64,000 bases of DNA from Candidatus Hydrogenedens sp. (GTDB lineage: Bacteria > Hydrogenedentota > Hydrogenedentia > Hydrogenedentales > Hydrogenedentaceae), in assembly GCA_049968235.1 (NCBI GenBank), contig JBMFRC010000003.1, positions 192,001 to 256,000 of the forward strand. The letters are read 5' to 3'. Shown in pieces: positions 1-9,500 of the stretch. A model generated the notes under the pieces. That model was not told where the DNA came from and ran no database searches. It saw only the letters and a list, made by a program, of their open reading frames with translations. The first letter of the stretch is position 1. Each line of letters opens with the position of its first letter. The position numbers and the translations under genes were made by a program.

Positions 1-52
1 ATTACAAATGTAGATGCGAAATATTTTTTGCCCCGGATGTAACCCAGGCATT

Positions 53-121
53 CCTGTCTGTGTTCTCTGTGGTTGATTATATTTTTTTTACCACTGAGGA
101 TACGGAGGTATTTGTTCTATG
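53..121 (+). repeat. Short copy (~65 bp core) of the CTCTGTGG...CACGGAGG palindromic repeat that also occurs at 29707-29770 and, inverted, at about 60740-60800
   Basis: Direct alignment: ttctctgtggttgattatRtttttttMCCACnnGGAnACGGAGG is shared with 29712-29760. It is intergenic and upstream of the DUF89 gene. Confidence 0.5.
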
Positions 122-270
122 ATTTAAATTTTTCTTTCCTTTATATTTGAAAACAATAAGCACGGAGTAAGAGAACTGCGGTACAGAAGAGCATGAAAGA
201 AGACCTTCCTTGTTTAGCCTTTTTTAATCCAGCAAATTACATTTTCTCGAGACCTGACAAAATTTTAATG

Positions 271-1137
271 TTATTTTGTTGCTAATTTTGTAGAAATGAA
301 TCCTATTTCGCCTTCGTTTACACCCATATGTTTCGCTACTACAGGGCATTTGGCTTTTAGAAGTAGATAAACATTACCGGGATAATCGTCTAAGGTCTCA
401 TAATTCCCCTGACCTTTACCTAATATAATATCTGCATTGTCCATTTTGTTTCGCAGAGGTTGTTCCAATTGTCTCCATGGAGCCCCAATCCAACCTTTTT
501 CCATACTTATAACATCGCATACATCATTTAGTTTCACTTTATAGACATCTTCCATACATGCATCATTGATAATAGGAGAGCCTTTTGCAACAGCAATTAC
601 TTTTGTATGTTTTTGTAATTCTTCGATTAGAATTTTATCGAAAACAATTTCACCTGCATTGTCCAGGAAGAAGAGCAACTCTTTACAGTGTTGCAGGTCC
701 TTTACAAACTGCTCAAAGTGATTTACCGCAAAACTTATCGTGATTGCATGTTTAATTGCTGAATGGACATCTATTTCATCTGATTTCAAAATTCCCAAAT
801 CAATAATGTTCCCTGCTGCGGAAAGTTGAAGTGCTGTTAGTAAAGGGTATTGACTTTGAGTTCGGATTTGTCGCAATTCATTTTCAATGCTGAGTGCCAA
901 ATCATTTTGCATCTTTTTTTGTTCCGCATAAGGGTCGGGATTTCTGGATAGTTGATTGGTTATTTGATAAATAATGAGGGAAAGTTCTGCGGGGGAATGT
1001 GATAAATCCATTTTTCCCAATTCTTCACCCACTTTTACTAAAATTTGTCTACGAATTTCTATATCATTGGTGGCTAATACCGCAGAACGATAGGCTTGTC
1101 TCATGAAACATTCTAAACACTCAACAGTAGATTTCAT
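271..1137 (-). CDS. DUF89/ARMT1-like damage-control phosphatase family protein
   Basis: 288 aa. The length and the C-terminal ILGKGQGNYE...VYLLLKAKC region fit the DUF89 metal-dependent phosphatase family. The call is by motif recall only. Confidence 0.55.
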   Translation of the reverse strand: MKSTVECLECFMRQAYRSAVLATNDIEIRRQILVKVGEELGKMDLSHSPAELSLIIYQITNQLSRNPDPYAEQKKMQNDLALSIENELRQIRTQSQYPLLTALQLSAAGNIIDLGILKSDEIDVHSAIKHAITISFAVNHFEQFVKDLQHCKELLFFLDNAGEIVFDKILIEELQKHTKVIAVAKGSPIINDACMEDVYKVKLNDVCDVISMEKGWIGAPWRQLEQPLRNKMDNADIILGKGQGNYETLDDYPGNVYLLLKAKCPVVAKHMGVNEGEIGFISTKLATK

Positions 1138-1578
1138 TGGTTGCTCCTTATATCCTTTGAAAAACTGTAGTAATCCTTATATATATCACAATATACTTGT
1201 TCATAGAAATGAAAGCATTAAAAATGGGAAGGTAGGAAGTCTTCGATGGTGGTCCATGAATCCAAGTATGATTCGCTTCCTTCCTTCTTAAAACCTATAT
1301 GCAATAGGGATTATATCATAATTTTATAATTATTGTATAGTAAAATAGGTACATATTTCTGAATGTCCTTTTGTTTTATGTCCCTAAAGATACCTGCATG
1401 TAATTTAAGAATAGTAAGAAATTGGCGTTGTTATAAATGAATTAGTGAACTATTTTTTATGTGGTGGTATTTTAAAAAAGACGGGATTTTTGTTCCTGTT
1501 GTATTTGGATTGGGATATTATTTATCGGTATAGTTAAAATATAGTAAGATATTGTAAATCATTAGATTAGGATAGAAA

Positions 1579-4401
1579 GTGTCAAGTATCTCAGGAGACA
1601 TACCTTCGTATATTGGTGCGTATCGCATAGATGAGCGAATCGCTGAAGGTGGTTTTGGTGTTGTGTATCGTGGTTTTGACCCGCGTTTGAAGCGGGAAGT
1701 TGCTATTAAGGTGCTTCATCCTCAGCATTCCTCTGAACCGGGGCGTGTATCTCGCTTCCTTCGTGAAGCACAAAGTGCGGCGCGACTGAACTATCCGGGT
1801 ATTGTCCAGATTTATGATATTGTTGAGGAAAATCAGCGATTGGCATTGGTGATGGAGTATGTTCATGGAAAAAATTTAGACCGATTTATTCGGGATAATC
1901 CGAGCCTATCCCTTGTCGAACGAATTGATATTGGAGTGCAGATAGCAGAAGCGTTATATTTAGCCCATCAGGCAGAGATTGTTCATCGGGATGTGAAGCC
2001 AGCGAATATACTTGTAGATGAGAATGGAGTTGTTAAGCTAACGGATTTCAATCTTGCTCGACTGAGAGATACATCATTAACCCCGCTAACAGGTGAACAT
2101 AATGTGTTGGGGACACCTGCGTATATGTCCCCGGAACAATGTTTGGGAAAGGAAGCATCTCCACAATCGGATATCTATTCTTTAGGTGTTGTCTTGTATT
2201 TTCTATTTACAGGAACATTACCTTTTGAGGCGGAAAATTATCTCGCCTTAATGAGGCAACATACCGATACTCCACCGACACCTGTCCGATTAATTAATCC
2301 TGACCTGCCTGTATCTCTTGAAAAACTTATTTCGCAATGTCTTTTAAAAAATCCGGAAGGAAGACCTGCTTCAGCCAAAGAAGTAGCAGAGCGTCTTCGC
2401 GAAATCAAAAATGAGTTGATAAAAAAAGAATCCGGTGAAATGCCTATTCTGGAACAAAAGACAATGATATTGTCGGACACACCGACACCTATAACACCGG
2501 AATATACCCTTCAAACCAAAGAGACAGCACAGGGATACCCTATAACGCCTACGGACAGTCAAAAAATACAATATCAATCACCCAGTCCAATACCATCACC
2601 ATCAACTCCCCAGGATTTTAGAACCCCCACAGGAACAATTCCGTCCCCGCTCTCTTCAGGAGCACATATTCCGTATGAAGTTAGTGGTGGAACTGTAAAC
2701 ACTACTCCTATGGGAATGCCGATGCAATTATCTCCTTCTGCCTCCACAAGCACGCCTATTCCCACCAATCCGACGAACATAGGAACTCCTTATACACCTA
2801 TACCGACCCCTTTCCCATATGAAATAGCACCAATTCCTTCGCAACATTCAAATTTTAAAATAAATTTCTTTATCCTGATACTTCTTCTCATTTCGCTAAT
2901 TTCTCTATGTTTAAGTGGATTCATCGTATATACCTATTACCATAATGGAGCCCTTCCGGGAAAAGGAACTACTTTAACATCAGAAACACATCAAGTTGTG
3001 CCCAAAACGGAGCCTGTGGACTATTCGAGGGTATTGTCGAATTTTATAAAAGAATATGATAATAATTACAAGTTTGAAGTAATTGAAGAAAAACAGGGCA
3101 ATGGCTATAAAGCATATATTCTTGATTTTACCTCGCAGAGTTGGCATCCCGAAAAGACAGCCCCCCCTGTATGGAGGCATTGGCTAACTGTAATTGTGCC
3201 CCAACAACGGGTAAAAGATGTCGGGATGCTTATCCTCACAAATGGTTTTTCGACATTAGAAACGCCTATGAGTGAAATCCCCCCCTATTTCATTTCGCTT
3301 GCAGTATCCTCAAAGTCTGTGGTATCCGTTCTGGAAGGTTTTCCACGGGATAATGTAGGAATTTACAAAACTCCAACACAAATCGTTCATTTAGAACCTG
3401 CTGAATTTGCCAGTTGGAGTTTCAAGCAATATTTTGAAACACACGAGACCAGTTGGATTGTTTTTTGTCCATTGGTCAAATCAATTGTTCGAGCCATGGA
3501 CGCTGTTCAGGAGTTATTGTTGAAAAATTTGCGTTCAGAAATACCCTTAAAAGAGTTTGTTCTATGTTCCGAAACACCTTTCTTCGTATCATGGTTGGTT
3601 CCACCGGTAGACAATCGTGTAATTGGGCTGGTTTCCATAAATACGACAGGTTTTCATCTGGAACAACAAATCAAACGTATGTTCATGGATGAAGTAGAAC
3701 TTCCGAAATTCTTTGCGGAGATAGATGATGCCGGGTTATTTCCCTTATTAGAAACGGAAGACGGAGAAAATTTATTAAAGATAATAGACCCGTATTATTA
3801 TCGAGAAGTATTAAAGATTCCGAAACTCATCATTTCTATGAACAATAATCAATGGCAGGATATGATTTTTCTTTCGGAGCAGGTTCTCTCCGAAATACCG
3901 GAACCTGTTAACTGGTTGGTTTGCCCGCAATTGCAATTATCACGCGAATATGCTTTCTTACCTCAGCAAACATTTTATAACTTCACAACATCATCCAATA
4001 CCAATCTCCGTGTATATGATTTTAAGGATACAATACAGGTATTTTATCAGCGGTTATTAGGACAAAAAAATATGCCTATTTTCCAATGGGATTTTTCCGC
4101 GAAGGGAGATTGTTATATTCGAGTGAGTGAAGAAATTATAGAGTGCCGTTTATGGTATTGTAGTAGCGATAGAAGAGGAACTCTACTTCAGTCCCAGAAC
4201 AAAAACTGGAAATATAAAATACTTTCTGAATCCGCAGAAGGGATTTATCGGTTCACAATACCTATCCAGCCCCAGCAATATACTGCGGTATTTGCAGAAG
4301 TCATTTTTCCCAGTTTAATGGGTATTCATTTCCCACTAACTACCGATATTCATATTATCCCACCTCAAAAAACGGAGGAAACTAACAGTATAAATCCATA
4401 A
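1579..4401 (+). CDS. Transmembrane Ser/Thr protein kinase with an extracytoplasmic PqaA-like (PhoPQ-activated pathogenicity-related family) domain that appears degenerate
   Basis: The N-terminus has Hanks kinase motifs: GGFGVVY, AIK, HRDVKPANIL, DFNLA and GTPAYMSPE. A Pro/Thr/Ser-rich linker follows, then one TM helix (FFILILLLISLISLCLSGFIVY). The ~470-aa C-terminal domain aligns to the 35037-36518 protein (TSQSW..W.HWLT..VP, K.[IV]VRAMD.VQE), but the GASKRGW segment is replaced by CSETPFF. GTG start. Confidence 0.85.
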   Translation: MSSISGDIPSYIGAYRIDERIAEGGFGVVYRGFDPRLKREVAIKVLHPQHSSEPGRVSRFLREAQSAARLNYPGIVQIYDIVEENQRLALVMEYVHGKNLDRFIRDNPSLSLVERIDIGVQIAEALYLAHQAEIVHRDVKPANILVDENGVVKLTDFNLARLRDTSLTPLTGEHNVLGTPAYMSPEQCLGKEASPQSDIYSLGVVLYFLFTGTLPFEAENYLALMRQHTDTPPTPVRLINPDLPVSLEKLISQCLLKNPEGRPASAKEVAERLREIKNELIKKESGEMPILEQKTMILSDTPTPITPEYTLQTKETAQGYPITPTDSQKIQYQSPSPIPSPSTPQDFRTPTGTIPSPLSSGAHIPYEVSGGTVNTTPMGMPMQLSPSASTSTPIPTNPTNIGTPYTPIPTPFPYEIAPIPSQHSNFKINFFILILLLISLISLCLSGFIVYTYYHNGALPGKGTTLTSETHQVVPKTEPVDYSRVLSNFIKEYDNNYKFEVIEEKQGNGYKAYILDFTSQSWHPEKTAPPVWRHWLTVIVPQQRVKDVGMLILTNGFSTLETPMSEIPPYFISLAVSSKSVVSVLEGFPRDNVGIYKTPTQIVHLEPAEFASWSFKQYFETHETSWIVFCPLVKSIVRAMDAVQELLLKNLRSEIPLKEFVLCSETPFFVSWLVPPVDNRVIGLVSINTTGFHLEQQIKRMFMDEVELPKFFAEIDDAGLFPLLETEDGENLLKIIDPYYYREVLKIPKLIISMNNNQWQDMIFLSEQVLSEIPEPVNWLVCPQLQLSREYAFLPQQTFYNFTTSSNTNLRVYDFKDTIQVFYQRLLGQKNMPIFQWDFSAKGDCYIRVSEEIIECRLWYCSSDRRGTLLQSQNKNWKYKILSESAEGIYRFTIPIQPQQYTAVFAEVIFPSLMGIHFPLTTDIHIIPPQKTEETNSINP

Positions 4402-4552
4402 CAAACAACAATCATCGGGTCTATCTCTTCTTACTTTTCTTTTACTCATAATTTGTATGTCCATATTCACAATAATGATAGCATTAACCTCTGTGTGAAA
4501 AGGATTCGTGTCCGTATTACCGATAATGAAATAAGAAAGAGGCTGGTTTATA

Positions 4553-7500
4553 TCAAGTATATTTAGCTTCGGGATGGAAAGAAATAACCGCAGCAGTAGT
4601 GCAAGTAGGATGAAATTGTCCGGATTCCAGTAAAGAAACACCGATGGGATCCCCTCCACCGAGTATATTCAGGATTGTTTCATTCATCATTATATTGGTC
4701 ATACCGGGATAGCCTGGCGACCAGCGTCTCCCATGTTCATGGGGTATATGGAGTAAGTCCTGTAGATGTCGATGGATATATTCCGCAGTATCTTCCGCAA
4801 TACGGTCTCCTAAACCTTGAAGAAATAAGGAGGATTCGCTGTTTCCCTGTTCTTTGAAATATGCAAGTCCCTGTTCTATCGATGGTCCTGCGGTGCAAAC
4901 CTGAATACCGATTACATCCCATTCATTATCACGAATAGAGCGGAAGTATTGAGAGCCCGAAACGAGGTCTTTTTCTCCGGCCCCAATGACCGTTGTAAAT
5001 TCAATCTTTCCTAATATTTCATCTAAATTCTCTGGATCATAAACAAGCACCCAATTATCATCGGATTTTGCGGGGAGTAGTCCATATATCGCCTGAGGTT
5101 CTATCCATTTTTTTTGTTCAGTAAGCGATGTCCATTTATTAAAGAGTAGTTCCAATTCTTCAATTATATGTCCCGCCTTCTCCTGACTGGTTTTCCCTCC
5201 AAATTTCCAGTTCAGTGAGAATAATGTCTGTTTATCTATATATTGCACGAATTTAGATAGAGGTATACGGAAAATACGGTGGCGGAATCGTGGAGATTTT
5301 GGGTATTGAGGGAAAGGAGTTGAAATGATACGACGGGGTAAGTTTAACAATTTCTGCTCTTCTTCTTGAAGACGCTTCGTTGCTTGAAGGTATCGCTGTT
5401 TTAAGGCTTCTCTATTTTGCTGGTATAGTTTATCGCGTGTTTCTGATGAAGTGGTTATCTGATTCATAATATTAACGCCGTCCATTGCTGTTCGGCAATA
5501 GAACACATCCGCCCGTATTTTACCTATATTGTCCTGACCCATCATTGCCACAAAGGCAGTATGCCGTGGCGTTACCGCAGCACCTCCTGTAAGGATAGGA
5601 ATATCCAGTCCTTGTTCTTTGCACATGCGTGCAACGGTTATCATATGATTTGCCGTTTGTACTAAAAGTGCAGACATACCAATGGCAGTGGCATTATGTT
5701 TTTTTGCCTGGTCAATAAATTCCTGTAAGGGCACCATAACTCCCAAATCAATGACTCTGTATCCGTAATTTTCAAGCAGTGTTTTGGTCAGGTCTTTACC
5801 TATGGAATGCACATCTTGATAGACCGTTCCTAAGACAATGGTTCCGCGGACGGTATCTTCCGATTGTTCTCGTTTTTCTCGTTTTGCTTTATAACGCAGG
5901 TAGCCCTCAATAAAGCCCATGGCTTGCTTCATGACATCTGCAGAACGGAGAAGATGGGGCAAGGACACTTCGCCTTTACCGAACAAATCGCCCAATTCTT
6001 GCATGGCGGACATCAAGTAGTCGCTGACAAAGTTTAGTGGCTCATGTTTTTCCAATGCTTTTGCGACTTGTGGGACAATTAAGTCCTGATATTCATATAT
6101 AAATCCTTGAAATTCAACTTGTCCTTTTGCATGTTGTTTTAAACCATCTTTTATCTTTTCGCAGATAGCCATCTCCAGAGGTAGTTCATCGTAGTTACTT
6201 TTTTTGACCGTCTCTTTTTGTTTTAGCGATAATGAGCGTTCCTCTAATATTGCGAAAGATTCCATATCTCGCTCAAAAATAATTTTTTTTGCGAGCCGGT
6301 AATCCTCTGGGTCAAGGTTTTCAACAAACACATAATGTTGTGGATTTAATATTGCGGAGTGGAGACCGCGTTTTCGTGCTTCATCTAAGAAAACCGATGT
6401 AAGTACCTTTCGCATGTGAGGCTTTTGGGCTAAGCCATTGGTTAGGTTTCCGACACCTATAATTGTGAAAGCATCCGGTAGTTCTTTTCGTACTTGTTCT
6501 ATTCCCTGTAAGGTTTCCAGAGCATAGTTTTGTGTTTCATTGGGCTCTGCTCCGATAGGAAAGACATTCACGTCAATAAACAAGCGGTGTGTCGGGACAC
6601 CGTAGTCTCTTGCTTTTTCAACAATTTGTTTTGCAAGTGTAATTTTTCGTTCTACTGTATCCGCAGGACCTTTGGAATCTGTGCAAAGAGCCACATAAAA
6701 ACAACCGAAATCCTTTGTAGGTGGTAAAAGGATGTCTAATTTGGTTTTTCCTGCTTCCACTTCTTCCAGAGATATGGAATTCAAAATAGGCACACCGGCG
6801 TAATGATGAACCGCTTCTATTAAAGCATCCGGCTGAAAAGAATCAATACACATTGCCCCTTTAATATCTGCACTAATCTGGTGGACCACTCGGGATAGGG
6901 TTTTAACAGTGTTTACATGGTTGGAATCCATGCAAACATCAATAATCTCGCATCCTAAATCGTTAATTTGTTCTCGTGCTACTTCTTCGAGAGCATCCAT
7001 ATCTATTCCATTATCTATTTCGACTGCTTCTCGGACTTTTTTAGAACCACGAACATTCAAACGTTCCCCTATACGAATAAGGGAGCGTTCTGCATCGAGA
7101 GGTACTGCATTTTGCACACCTGCAATGAAAATTGTATCAGAAGGTTTTCGGGGAGCAGGTTTTTTGTCTCTTAATCGTTCTACCAATTCTGCAATATGCT
7201 CCGGTCTTGTACCACAGCAACCGCCAACGATATTTAGTCCATACTCTAATGCGAGAGAACTTAAAATCTCCGCAAAAGGTTTCGGCTCAAACCGAAACAC
7301 TGTTTTCCCTCCTTCCGATTGGGGTAACCCCGCATTCGGTATCGTGCTTAAAGGGACATGTGCATAACGGGACATTTTCTCCACAGCGGTTTGCATCAGG
7401 TCAGGACCTATGGAACAATTAATACCAAAAACATCAACACCTAATGCTTCCATACTAACGATAGCGGAATGGATGTCTGTGTTAAAGATTTGCATACGGG

Positions 7501-8179
7501 CAAAGGGGTCTACTGTAACCTGTGCTATTACAGGGACATGTTTTCCGCACTCTCGCATGGCGTCCCGTGCCCCAAAAATACCTGCTTTCAGTTCCAGAAT
7601 ATCCTGTTGGGTTTCAAATAATATTACATCCACGCCCCCATCTAATAAGCCTTTTATCTGAATACGGAAATTTTCTCGTATCTCTCCAAAAGTTGATGGA
7701 GTTAATCCTGCACGCGAAAAAGTCAATACACGATTGGATGGTCCTACGGAACCTAAAATGAAAAGCGGTCTGCCGTCATATTTCTTTGAGTTCCGATATT
7801 CTTCGCGTGCTTCACAGGCAATTTCAGCCCCACGACGGCTGAGGTAATAACTCCATTCCTTATGGGTAATTTTCTGGAGGGTTATATTATAAGGATTGGC
7901 GGGAAAGATTTTTGTGTCCAGTTCTGTAAAATCGTATTCCGAGAGACGTAGATAGGATGCTCCGAAGGTATTGGTCTCCACAGCACTACTACCCGATTCA
8001 AAATAGGTTCGATGAATAGATTTCATTGCTTCTGGTGTGGAGAAATTTATTAAATCTGTAAGCATTCGATAAGGCTCACCACCGTAATACTCAGCACCTA
8101 AATTCAGGTCTTGCACCATTGTGCCTGTGGCACCATCAATAATTAAAATTTGTTGTTTGATATAATCCAGAAATTGCAT
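4553..8179 (-). CDS. metH: Cobalamin-dependent methionine synthase
   Basis: 1208 aa. The domains run homocysteine-binding, pterin-binding, B12-cap/B12-binding (DVHSIGKDL), then the AdoMet activation domain. Confidence 0.9.
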   Translation of the reverse strand: MQFLDYIKQQILIIDGATGTMVQDLNLGAEYYGGEPYRMLTDLINFSTPEAMKSIHRTYFESGSSAVETNTFGASYLRLSEYDFTELDTKIFPANPYNITLQKITHKEWSYYLSRRGAEIACEAREEYRNSKKYDGRPLFILGSVGPSNRVLTFSRAGLTPSTFGEIRENFRIQIKGLLDGGVDVILFETQQDILELKAGIFGARDAMRECGKHVPVIAQVTVDPFARMQIFNTDIHSAIVSMEALGVDVFGINCSIGPDLMQTAVEKMSRYAHVPLSTIPNAGLPQSEGGKTVFRFEPKPFAEILSSLALEYGLNIVGGCCGTRPEHIAELVERLRDKKPAPRKPSDTIFIAGVQNAVPLDAERSLIRIGERLNVRGSKKVREAVEIDNGIDMDALEEVAREQINDLGCEIIDVCMDSNHVNTVKTLSRVVHQISADIKGAMCIDSFQPDALIEAVHHYAGVPILNSISLEEVEAGKTKLDILLPPTKDFGCFYVALCTDSKGPADTVERKITLAKQIVEKARDYGVPTHRLFIDVNVFPIGAEPNETQNYALETLQGIEQVRKELPDAFTIIGVGNLTNGLAQKPHMRKVLTSVFLDEARKRGLHSAILNPQHYVFVENLDPEDYRLAKKIIFERDMESFAILEERSLSLKQKETVKKSNYDELPLEMAICEKIKDGLKQHAKGQVEFQGFIYEYQDLIVPQVAKALEKHEPLNFVSDYLMSAMQELGDLFGKGEVSLPHLLRSADVMKQAMGFIEGYLRYKAKREKREQSEDTVRGTIVLGTVYQDVHSIGKDLTKTLLENYGYRVIDLGVMVPLQEFIDQAKKHNATAIGMSALLVQTANHMITVARMCKEQGLDIPILTGGAAVTPRHTAFVAMMGQDNIGKIRADVFYCRTAMDGVNIMNQITTSSETRDKLYQQNREALKQRYLQATKRLQEEEQKLLNLPRRIISTPFPQYPKSPRFRHRIFRIPLSKFVQYIDKQTLFSLNWKFGGKTSQEKAGHIIEELELLFNKWTSLTEQKKWIEPQAIYGLLPAKSDDNWVLVYDPENLDEILGKIEFTTVIGAGEKDLVSGSQYFRSIRDNEWDVIGIQVCTAGPSIEQGLAYFKEQGNSESSLFLQGLGDRIAEDTAEYIHRHLQDLLHIPHEHGRRWSPGYPGMTNIMMNETILNILGGGDPIGVSLLESGQFHPTCTTAAVISFHPEAKYT

Positions 8180-8312
8180 AGATACTTTCCCGGGAACACA
8201 AGAAAAAAATTGGAGGTTTAAATAATATCATAATAAGGGGTTATGATTGTCTAATCTGTCCGGCGGGTCCGACGAGTTAAATGAGTTGGACAGGTCAAAC
8301 AGGTCCGATGGG

Positions 8313-9479
8313 TCAGACTAAAGGCAAAGCATTAAAATGCTCCGGTAATAGAACAAGATGAATTTCTTCGTAACCGAAGCGGGATGTATTAAAAACGATT
8401 CCTGAATTGTCCGTTAAAAATGATGCATGCGGATGCACTTTAATGTTATTTCCTATTTTGCCAGAGACAAGTAATCTCCGTTCCTTTTTGTCCGGGTCTA
8501 TCAACCAGATATTTCTGTCAAAATCATCACCCAGAACCCACTTAAAATCATGACTACCGTGAGTATGCCATGCAGGGTATTGAGATAATACATTCATCAT
8601 ACTTTTGCTCCCTTTTTCTCTATCTGTCTCTGCTACACCGTGAGGTAATTTTTTATGAACTTCATCATAAGGCCAGATGGTAAATAAAGCCCGCTCCTTG
8701 CCCCACCATACCTCATGAGTTATCCAGAGATTGTCATGTTCTACAAAGAAGGGTTCTGCCTTACGAGTTTGTTCTGACCAGCACCATGTGCGTTGAGGAC
8801 CATCTCCGCCTGTTTCCCAACAAAACATAACCAGGTCTGTGTTCCAAAAGTTGGGCTGAACATGTCCTATTTTGAAGGGCATCTGTGCACATTCTTCCCA
8901 TGTGCCTTCCGGAATACTCATCCGACGTAGGACACTTTGTTCTTTTCCTTCTTTGTGTGTAGCACAATATAACCATTTCTCATCTGCTGAAATTCCAATT
9001 CCCCCTATCTGTGTTCCAAATTCATCGGGATAAGTTCCTATTTCCGTTCTGCTCCCATCCATCTCTTGTTTGCATACTTTATTCCCGTTAAAGAAATAAA
9101 CCCTTTCTGTATCCCATGATAATGAAAAATTCCCTATATTTGTTTCTAACACAGGAACAATTTTTTTTGTGGTTCTTTCTAAACGATGTAATTGTAATTT
9201 GCCTTCAGAGCGATCTGAAAAAAAGTAAAAATGTTCACAGGATTTTCCCCACATAGGATGGGTTTGATATATAGTTGTATTTTTCGAAGGACCGTTAACA
9301 ATTCTGTATATCCTGGCTCCTGTTGTTTCATCTTCATACGACTCGAATTCGTCCCATACATTGTGAGGCTTCGTTGAAGTTACCGGATTTTGTGTATAAG
9401 CCACGTTTACAACAGGTAATATAAGGGTAGATGCAAGAAAACTACGACGGGTAAGATGTATTTTATTTTCTCTGAACAT
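8313..9479 (-). CDS. TAT-secreted oligogalacturonide lyase (Ogl/PL22)-like beta-propeller protein
   Basis: TAT motif RRSFLAS. It is 388 aa like Yersinia Ogl. The C-terminal VHPHASFLTDNSGIVFNTS resembles Ogl THPHPSFTPDNKQVLFTS. Confidence 0.5.
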   Translation of the reverse strand: MFRENKIHLTRRSFLASTLILPVVNVAYTQNPVTSTKPHNVWDEFESYEDETTGARIYRIVNGPSKNTTIYQTHPMWGKSCEHFYFFSDRSEGKLQLHRLERTTKKIVPVLETNIGNFSLSWDTERVYFFNGNKVCKQEMDGSRTEIGTYPDEFGTQIGGIGISADEKWLYCATHKEGKEQSVLRRMSIPEGTWEECAQMPFKIGHVQPNFWNTDLVMFCWETGGDGPQRTWCWSEQTRKAEPFFVEHDNLWITHEVWWGKERALFTIWPYDEVHKKLPHGVAETDREKGSKSMMNVLSQYPAWHTHGSHDFKWVLGDDFDRNIWLIDPDKKERRLLVSGKIGNNIKVHPHASFLTDNSGIVFNTSRFGYEEIHLVLLPEHFNALPLV

Positions 9480-9500
9480 ATAAACTTCCTGTCAGTTAGG

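Noticed and set aside
241-262. gagacctgacaa near the window start as another TIR of the IS-like element
   Set aside because: The orientation and spacing are inconsistent with the 29344/30047 TIRs, and the match is only partial (gagacct).
1591-1866. Antisense and embedded ORFs of 60-150 aa throughout (e.g. 1591-1866, 2238-2780, 6909-7761, 18645-19415, 20289-20810, 22909-23484, 32002-32700, 33333-33779, 36722-37962, 54171-54784, 62710-63331)
   Set aside because: Each lies wholly inside, and antisense to or out of frame with, a long ORF that has strong family-level similarity (kinase, metH, gap, pgk, pnp, ABC transporter, DUF1573, rpsA, SPOR). They have no independent support.
8180-8312. Possible riboswitch (SAM or B12) in the 133-nt region upstream of metH on the minus strand
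   Set aside because: The region has GGACAG/CUGUCC and CGGAC repeats that can pair. I could not find the B12-box (GCCACUG) or SAM-I/SAM-II consensus elements. metH may simply be co-transcribed with the upstream Ogl-like gene. Cmsearch against Rfam would be needed.
8251-8312. SRP (4.5S) RNA-like string caggtcaaacaggtccga
   Set aside because: It lacks the conserved GGAAGGAAGCAGC domain IV motif. The resemblance is limited to AGGUCCG.
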